39,446 nt of DNA from a virus. Lineage: Duplodnaviria; Caudoviricetes. Both the position numbers and the translations under genes were made by a program. Location: positions 1-39,446 of the IMG/VR virus record IMGVR_UViG_3300010366_000022. One strand, 5' to 3'. Positions 33,414 to 39,446 of the stretch are shown here, in pieces. The notes under the pieces were generated by a model. The model did no database searches, was not told where the DNA came from, and saw nothing but the letters and a program-made list of their open reading frames with translations. Positions within the stretch are counted from its first letter, which is position 1. Each line of letters begins with the position of its first letter.

Positions 33414-34754
33414 CTACGTTGCCGACGTGATGGCGGCGAATCCCTGTGGGCGCCACACCGCCAACGCCAACCGTTCCTCAGCGCGGAACATCAATTTGTT
33501 CTCTGCGAAGAACGTGCTGTGCTGGTCGGAAATGGACATGTCGATCCCCGACCGGCGGATGACCATCGACGCCGATTGGAACGCACCCACCAACGCCACT
33601 TTGTTGGCCGCGACCTGTGCGGGCATGTTCGTGTTCAACACCACCCGCAATCCCCACAACCGGAACCCGCCGGATGCATCACCGGACACGTACCCGACCG
33701 AACCCGGCCCACCCAACAAATAGTTGCGGTTCCCGTCTTTGGCCAACGCCGCCAATTCCCACGTGGACGGGCGCATGACCACGGTGTCCGGTTCCAAATA
33801 GGAATCCCGTACCCGCATGGCGGCGTGGAACACCGATTCCACCAACGCCTGATCCGGATTGGTGCCGCCGATCGAATACGACGTCGCCGTGTTGATCCCC
33901 GACCGGTTCATGATGCCGCGCAATTCGGGGGCGGTGCCCGACCCCAACAACAACTGTCGGTCCTCCTCCATTTGCACGAACAAAATCAACCGGGCGTTTA
34001 GGTACGCGCGCAAAAACGTTTCGTCCTCCAACGCCTCATCGGTGATCGGCAACAACACCGCGATTTTGCGCACCGGTTCGTCCACGGACGCGAACGACAA
34101 CGCGGCTTCCGGTTTGCTGCCGCCTTCGGCCACCGACGCCGCGCCGGTGGAGGTGATCGTCTCCGTGACGTAGCGGATGGTGTTGGACGTGGTCGTCCCC
34201 TGTGCCATCAACGGACCGATGTTCGACGGCTGGTACAGCGTTTGGATGGGGGTGGGCATGAACTGTGGCTGCGACGGGAACGCGGTCGTTTGGAACAACG
34301 CCGCTTCGATCACCGGCGTTTCACCGATGCCGCGATAGCCCGGCATCAACGAATCCAACGGCAACCGCGCCACGACGTCCTTTGATTCCCGTTCCCGAAA
34401 CGCTTTCCACGCGCTCGACGCCAACCACAACGCGCCCAAATCGGACGGTCCCGCGGTGCGAGCGGTGCCGTTCGATCCGTACCCCGGCACCGGGCCGGGT
34501 TCGTCCATGAACTGCTGCAACCGTTCGAACTGGCCGTCGGCGTGCGCCTGCTCCTGCAATTCGTCGCGCCGTTCCGCCAACGCGTTCAAATCGGCCATTT
34601 TCTCCCGTACGGTTTCGGCGTCGGCGCCATCCATGCCGACCAACGTTCCGCCGTGTTTTTCCCGTAGCGACTGCACCTCATCGCGGGCGGCGTCTATGGC
34701 GTCGTCAAGTTGCCGAGCGTTTAGGGATCGAAGGTCGTCCTCCGAAATCATCAT
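33414..34754 (-). CDS. HK97-fold major capsid protein
   Basis: Coiled-coil delta domain; VAEGGSKPE, KIA...ITDEALED, EDRQLLLGSG, FAENKLMFRAEERL. Confidence 0.95.
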   Translation of the reverse strand: MMISEDDLRSLNARQLDDAIDAARDEVQSLREKHGGTLVGMDGADAETVREKMADLNALAERRDELQEQAHADGQFERLQQFMDEPGPVPGYGSNGTARTAGPSDLGALWLASSAWKAFRERESKDVVARLPLDSLMPGYRGIGETPVIEAALFQTTAFPSQPQFMPTPIQTLYQPSNIGPLMAQGTTTSNTIRYVTETITSTGAASVAEGGSKPEAALSFASVDEPVRKIAVLLPITDEALEDETFLRAYLNARLILFVQMEEDRQLLLGSGTAPELRGIMNRSGINTATSYSIGGTNPDQALVESVFHAAMRVRDSYLEPDTVVMRPSTWELAALAKDGNRNYLLGGPGSVGYVSGDASGGFRLWGLRVVLNTNMPAQVAANKVALVGAFQSASMVIRRSGIDMSISDQHSTFFAENKLMFRAEERLALAVWRPQGFAAITSAT

Positions 34755-34768
34755 CCCTCCTTTTGTGA

Positions 34769-36310
34769 CTAGCCGAATCGGTCGAAATCGTGTTCGTCCA
34801 ATTCGTCCAACGGTGCCACCCCCGATGGGGACGGCGTGGTGCGCGCGATCATGTCGGTCAACCGTTCGTGTAATGCAACCAACGTGTCGCGTTTGGCCGT
34901 TGTCAAACGGCCTCCCTCCCGGTATTCGGCAAGCGAATCGGCGCGGGCAAGGACGGCGTCCACCGCGGCAAGCGCATCGTGGGCCTCCTCAACGAACGTA
35001 CGACCTTTCAGTTCGGGTGGTTCCCGGTCCCCGTCGCGTAGGTGTCGCGCGACGTGGGCGTATACGCCGCGGCGGTCACCGTCGGGGATGTTCGCCCCAC
35101 CGCGCCCGCCGTTCAACACGGCGATCACCGACGAACACGCGGTCATGTTGGCCGCAGCGCCGGGGCGCGAATGGTGCGGAAATTTGTACGACGATTTGGC
35201 GTCCGGGTCGCCGGACGAATCCACCCACGCGTGGATAGCACGCAACGACGCCGCTTCCGACGGGCAATTGCGGGTGGCGGCGGCGGCATCCCACGCCGTA
35301 TCGGTGGTGGGCGTGGAATGGGACGCGATCGGACCCGCATCGACTTCCGCGCCCACGGCGGTGTGATCGGTCCACCGCGATACTGCCGACGGCGGGTTGG
35401 TGTCATTGGAGGAGGATGTGAACGAGGAGGATGTGAACCACACGCCGGGCGCAACCGCCAACGTCGGTTCCGCGGTCAACGCCCGCGCCAACGTCGCCTC
35501 CAACGGGGCGATGTCGTCCACCATCCCCAACGCGTGTCCCATCGACGCGGTCACCAACCGCCCCTCCCCGTACCCGTTCACGACCTCGTCGGCGCGCACC
35601 CCCCGGCCCGCGGCCACGTCGTTCACGAACCGGTCGTACGTTTCGTCCACCAATTCCTGTATGTGGTCGCGTGCATCGTCGGACAACGGTTCGAACGGGT
35701 TGCCTTCGGTTTTGAACCGCCCCTGTGAAATCAACGTGGTTTTGACCCCCACGTCTTCGCGTAGTTTGGACAAATCCTCGTGGGCGGCGAACACGCCGAT
35801 CGATCCCACCGACCCCGACGGGGTGGCGACGATTTCGTCCGCTTGTGCCGCCAACCAATACGCGGCCGAACCCGCCAACGTGTTCACCTGCGCGGTGATG
35901 CGTTTGTCCGCACGTGCGGCACGGATTTCCGCCGCCAGTTCATGCACCATCTCGACGCGGCCACCGGGCGAATCGACGTCGATGACGATGTGGTTGACGT
36001 CCGGGTCGGCCATCGCCGCCCGTAGGGAATCGCGGAACGATTCCACCGACATGCCGCCGGACACGTCCGAAAACAACGACGCCCGCGGCATGATCACCCC
36101 GTGCAACGGCAACAACGCCACCCCGCCCGCCGTTTCCGGGTCGGATGGTTCGCGGCGCGTGCCGATGCGGGCGTTGATTTCGTCCGGAGTCATTTCCCCG
36201 CCCGCGGCGCGGATCGCCACCGTGTCGATGATCGTCGCCAACGTGGAGGGGACCAACGCCCATGGCGCCTCCGCTATCCACCGGACGATGTGACGGTACA
36301 TCACGGTCAC
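34769..36310 (-). CDS. prohead protease, S49 (ClpP/SppA-like) with C-terminal extra domain
   Basis: IDVDSPGG, AGSAAYWLAAQAD, GSVGSIGV, GRFK, F...VAAGRG. Confidence 0.9.
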   Translation of the reverse strand: MTVMYRHIVRWIAEAPWALVPSTLATIIDTVAIRAAGGEMTPDEINARIGTRREPSDPETAGGVALLPLHGVIMPRASLFSDVSGGMSVESFRDSLRAAMADPDVNHIVIDVDSPGGRVEMVHELAAEIRAARADKRITAQVNTLAGSAAYWLAAQADEIVATPSGSVGSIGVFAAHEDLSKLREDVGVKTTLISQGRFKTEGNPFEPLSDDARDHIQELVDETYDRFVNDVAAGRGVRADEVVNGYGEGRLVTASMGHALGMVDDIAPLEATLARALTAEPTLAVAPGVWFTSSSFTSSSNDTNPPSAVSRWTDHTAVGAEVDAGPIASHSTPTTDTAWDAAAATRNCPSEAASLRAIHAWVDSSGDPDAKSSYKFPHHSRPGAAANMTACSSVIAVLNGGRGGANIPDGDRRGVYAHVARHLRDGDREPPELKGRTFVEEAHDALAAVDAVLARADSLAEYREGGRLTTAKRDTLVALHERLTDMIARTTPSPSGVAPLDELDEHDFDRFG

Positions 36311-36324
36311 CTTCTTAGGTCACA

Positions 36325-37773
36325 TCACGGTTGAGCCAACCGGTGCCGTTCGATTTCCGCCACCACTTCGCGGGCGATCGCGGGCGCGTCGGCGCCACCG
36401 TTGGCGGGCGGCGCGTTTTGCGTGCCGGTGGGCACCGACCCGTTGCCGAACACGGACGATCGCATCACATTGACGTTCGCTTGACGCAAAAACACCTCGT
36501 CGCGGGTGGGGTCAACGGGCAATCCCGCCGCCTTGCGCGCTTCCGACACCATTTCCCACCCGCCGTTGACGCCGATGTTGTGCCGTTGCACCATCCGGTA
36601 CACGTCCTCCTGCAACACCTTGACTTTGGATAGGTCGAACCCGAACCGCCACAAAAATGGATCGGTTTCCCATTCGGGCAACAATTGCCACCGCACGTCT
36701 TCGGCCAAAATGCGTTGGTTGGGGATCACCCCGGCTTCGTACGCCGCCTGTCGCGCCTCAGAGAAGTTGGTGAACGTCGATCGTTGCAACCCAGCACCCA
36801 ACCCGGCCACGATCGCGGGCACGCCCAACACCGCCGTCACGCGTTCCTCGGGAACGCGGCGCAAATCGGTCAACGCCATTTCGGTGGGGTTGAAACCAAA
36901 TTGTTCGACGTTGGTTTTGGACGTCATCACCAACGGTTCGCCGCGTAGGTCACCGGCAAATTTTTCGGTGAGGTACTGCTTGGTGGCGATCGCGTCCTCC
37001 TCGGAGATGGGTTGCGCCGAATCGGGCGACACCATCACGCCGGGGACGCCCATGTTGCGCAACAACGCGGCGGTGAAATTGGCCGCTTCGTCGTCGGAGA
37101 ACACTTCGCGTAGCACCGACCGCAACGGGGTCAACCCTTTGCGCGGGTTTTCCGGGTCCAACCCGTAGCGGAAATGGACGATGTCGGCGCGCTCGATCCA
37201 AAACGGCGAACCGTCCACGTAGTAGTCATATCCCGATATGTACGTTTGCCACATGGCCGTGGGATCGGCCGGTGAGGGCGGCACCGGCGGTTCCCACGTA
37301 GGGCGGATGCGTGGCGTGACCGCCCACGACGGCAACCACCACAATTCCACCGGCGCACCGCCCGACCGCGGGCGGTTTTTGTACCAATACGCGTCCCCGT
37401 TCACCAACCAATCCACCAACGTGGCCATCCAAATGGTGATCCCGGAATGGAACCCGTTGGGACGTTCCAACAACCGCAACATTTTGTGGTCGTACACGGG
37501 TTGTTCTTCACCGGTGTCGTCGCGTTGGTACAACGCCGGAGGCGCCTCGGGGAAGGTGCGCGCCATCCACAACAACGGCGCCATGACCGTGGACGACCCG
37601 GTGCCGTCCCCGACCGCGGCCACGTAGTCGTACGACGACCCGTGGTAGCCGCGGAACCCGTACTGCTCCATCGGGAACAACATTTGGGTCATGCGCCGCA
37701 TCCCGTTCATGGCCGCGGTGAACGGTTGTCCGATCCACGTGAACCATTTGGTCAAACTCAAAATGCCCTCCAC
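36325..37773 (-). CDS. portal protein (HK97 family); start uncertain
   Basis: LLERPN, NGDAY, DIVHFR, GLTPL, LGVP...G, NFSEA motifs. Confidence 0.92.
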   Translation of the reverse strand: MEGILSLTKWFTWIGQPFTAAMNGMRRMTQMLFPMEQYGFRGYHGSSYDYVAAVGDGTGSSTVMAPLLWMARTFPEAPPALYQRDDTGEEQPVYDHKMLRLLERPNGFHSGITIWMATLVDWLVNGDAYWYKNRPRSGGAPVELWWLPSWAVTPRIRPTWEPPVPPSPADPTAMWQTYISGYDYYVDGSPFWIERADIVHFRYGLDPENPRKGLTPLRSVLREVFSDDEAANFTAALLRNMGVPGVMVSPDSAQPISEEDAIATKQYLTEKFAGDLRGEPLVMTSKTNVEQFGFNPTEMALTDLRRVPEERVTAVLGVPAIVAGLGAGLQRSTFTNFSEARQAAYEAGVIPNQRILAEDVRWQLLPEWETDPFLWRFGFDLSKVKVLQEDVYRMVQRHNIGVNGGWEMVSEARKAAGLPVDPTRDEVFLRQANVNVMRSSVFGNGSVPTGTQNAPPANGGADAPAIAREVVAEIERHRLAQP

Positions 37774-39239
37774 GACATGCGCGGTGCCGACAACCGCAAT
37801 TCGGCGTACGCGGTCGAAACCACCATCGCCGCCGCCACCAACGCGTCGATCACCCGTTGTTCGTTCAACGCCGCCGCCCGCGAATGATCGCGGCGGGCGA
37901 ACACCGGTTCACCCCGCGGCAAAATGCGCGCCACCGCGTTCATGGCGTGGCGGCGCAAATCCGCATCGCCGGTGTGCCGTAGTTGCCCGCCGCGTAGCAG
38001 TTCCATGAACCGCGCATACGCCACCGCTTGCAACGTCAACGCCTGTCCGTGTTCCACGATCCGGCACCCGAATTCGATTTCGGCCCATTCCGCCACGTCA
38101 CGGGCATCGTGCAAATCCATCACCAACGTGTCGATCGTGTTGCGTTCGAACACAACCGACAACGCCCGTTTGACCTCGTCCAACGACAACGATTCGCCCA
38201 CTTTGCGCGGCGGGGTCAACACGGTGGCGTCACCCAACACCCACGGATCGTCCGGCCGAATCCACAACGGCACGATGGCGGTGGTGTCGTATCGCCACCC
38301 GCAATCCAACCCCACCCACACCGGTTCGCCCGCGGGGATGTGTTCCCCGCCCGCGTCGGCCCATTCCACTTCCGAAATCGCCGCCGACGTCGCCCGCGTG
38401 GGTTGGTTGCACACGAACCGGCGCCAATGCCCGTCCGACACCGACCGCGCCATTTTTCGTTTCAACCGCGTTTTGGTCATGCCCCGAAACGGGTTGGCCG
38501 CGGCCACCACCTCCAAATCGTTGGTGTCGCCGTTGTCGGGCACGGCCCATTCGTGCATCACGTACCCGGCACCTTCGAACCGGGCGAACGATCCCCGCCG
38601 TTCCACCCGCGTCGCGTCGGTGCGGCGCCGTTCCCGTAGCGTTTCGAACTCCGATCCGGGTTCACCGGCCACCGAAATGACCACCAATTGGGCGTCGCGT
38701 TTATCCAATTTGCCCGCCCACGTTTCGAATAGCTCCAAATTTTTGTGCCGGTGCAACTCATCCAACACCGACAACGTGGGGATGACGCCGTCGCCGGTGT
38801 TGGCATCAGCCGCGAACACTTGCATCATGGCGTCGTTGTCGAAGTTCAACACCCGACGCACCCCGCCGTGGCACACGAGGTGCCCACCCGCGTCACGGTC
38901 CAACGACGATCGTCGCACCAAACCCGATGCTTGGCGCCACAACGTCATGGCCTGATCACGGCTCGATGCCGCGACGGGGACGTATCCCTCACCGACGTTT
39001 TCGATGTGGTACAGGCACAACGCGGCCGTCCACGTCGTTTTCCCATTCTGCTCGGGAACGATGAACCACACCTCCTGGAACCGTGGGCGCCCATGACGAT
39101 CGCGGGCGAACACGTCGCGAGACACGCGCGATTGGAACGGTTGCAACACGAACGGTCGGCCGTTGTCCAACGTCAGTTGCGAGCAGTACGCGCGGAATTC
39201 GCGTAGCGAACAACCGGGTGCGACCGTTCGGACGGGCAC
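37758..39239 (-). CDS. terL: terminase large subunit
   Basis: LQPFQ, Walker A PEQNGKT, Walker B VLDELH, nuclease VGLD...DTTA, IDALVA. Confidence 0.93.
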   Translation of the reverse strand: MPVRTVAPGCSLREFRAYCSQLTLDNGRPFVLQPFQSRVSRDVFARDRHGRPRFQEVWFIVPEQNGKTTWTAALCLYHIENVGEGYVPVAASSRDQAMTLWRQASGLVRRSSLDRDAGGHLVCHGGVRRVLNFDNDAMMQVFAADANTGDGVIPTLSVLDELHRHKNLELFETWAGKLDKRDAQLVVISVAGEPGSEFETLRERRRTDATRVERRGSFARFEGAGYVMHEWAVPDNGDTNDLEVVAAANPFRGMTKTRLKRKMARSVSDGHWRRFVCNQPTRATSAAISEVEWADAGGEHIPAGEPVWVGLDCGWRYDTTAIVPLWIRPDDPWVLGDATVLTPPRKVGESLSLDEVKRALSVVFERNTIDTLVMDLHDARDVAEWAEIEFGCRIVEHGQALTLQAVAYARFMELLRGGQLRHTGDADLRRHAMNAVARILPRGEPVFARRDHSRAAALNEQRVIDALVAAAMVVSTAYAELRLSAPRMSWRAF

Positions 39240-39242
39240 GAA

Positions 39243-39332
39243 CTAGTCGGCGGGTTCGTCCTCGCCGTCGCCCGTGTCGTCGGTGGGCGGCGTTTCGGGT
39301 TCGGTCGTCGGTGTTTCGCGTGGTGATGTCAT
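39243..39332 (-). CDS. 29-aa acidic peptide upstream of terminase
   Basis: AAGGAG RBS; MTSPRETPTTEPETPPTDDTGDGEDEPAD. Confidence 0.5.
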   Translation of the reverse strand: MTSPRETPTTEPETPPTDDTGDGEDEPAD

Positions 39333-39409
39333 GGCGTCTCCTTCGCCCGCGGTCGTCGGCCCGCGGTCGGCCGGGTCCATACACCTTTGCTGTTCGCGGA
39401 TGACGGTTT

Positions 39410-39446
39410 TGGGGTCACGCGCTCACACCTCGAAGCGATTTTTTCG
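39410..39446. repeat. terminal direct repeat, right copy
   Basis: Matches 19-56 except one C. Confidence 0.9.

Noticed and set aside
17000-39200. Long plus-strand ORFs (e.g. 20413-21354, 25421-26431, 37924-38955)
   Set aside because: Antisense shadows of clear minus-strand genes; high GC and codon bias remove stop codons.
1-39446. Temperate lifestyle / prophage
   Set aside because: No integrase, ParAB or CI-like repressor recognised and no host flanks; absence judged by eye only.

Overview
Apparently complete (terminally redundant) ~39.4 kb GC-rich tailed-phage genome, almost entirely encoded on the minus strand; the host is probably an actinobacterium (inference from GC content and gene families). 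Read from the right end it encodes terminase, HK97-type portal, S49 protease and capsid, then head-tail connectors. A contractile-tail module follows: sheath, tube, frameshifted chaperone, tape measure, LysM protein, hub with peptidoglycan hydrolases, spike/fibre, gp25, J, I and a collar fibre. Next come the lysis genes, a two-gene plus-strand operon, an early gene array, recombination/replication genes (DUF932, ERF, Cas4-like nuclease, HNH, RHH), a Mom-like enzyme plus a GT-B glycosyltransferase, an RlpA-like protein, a resolvase and an HNH. No integrase, repressor, polymerase or obvious small terminase was recognised. Four observations stand out. (1) A complete tRNA-Gly(GCC)-like cloverleaf sits in or immediately before the 5' end of the Mom-like adenine-modification gene, suggesting a dedicated glycyl-donor RNA. 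(2) A type III hammerhead ribozyme heads the early array, whose genes are separated by two families of covarying hairpins. (3) AG/CT dinucleotides are avoided genome-wide, except in two apparently foreign islands. (4) The tail chaperone has a canonical -1 frameshift site. All calls come from reading motifs by eye; no database searches or folding programs were run.
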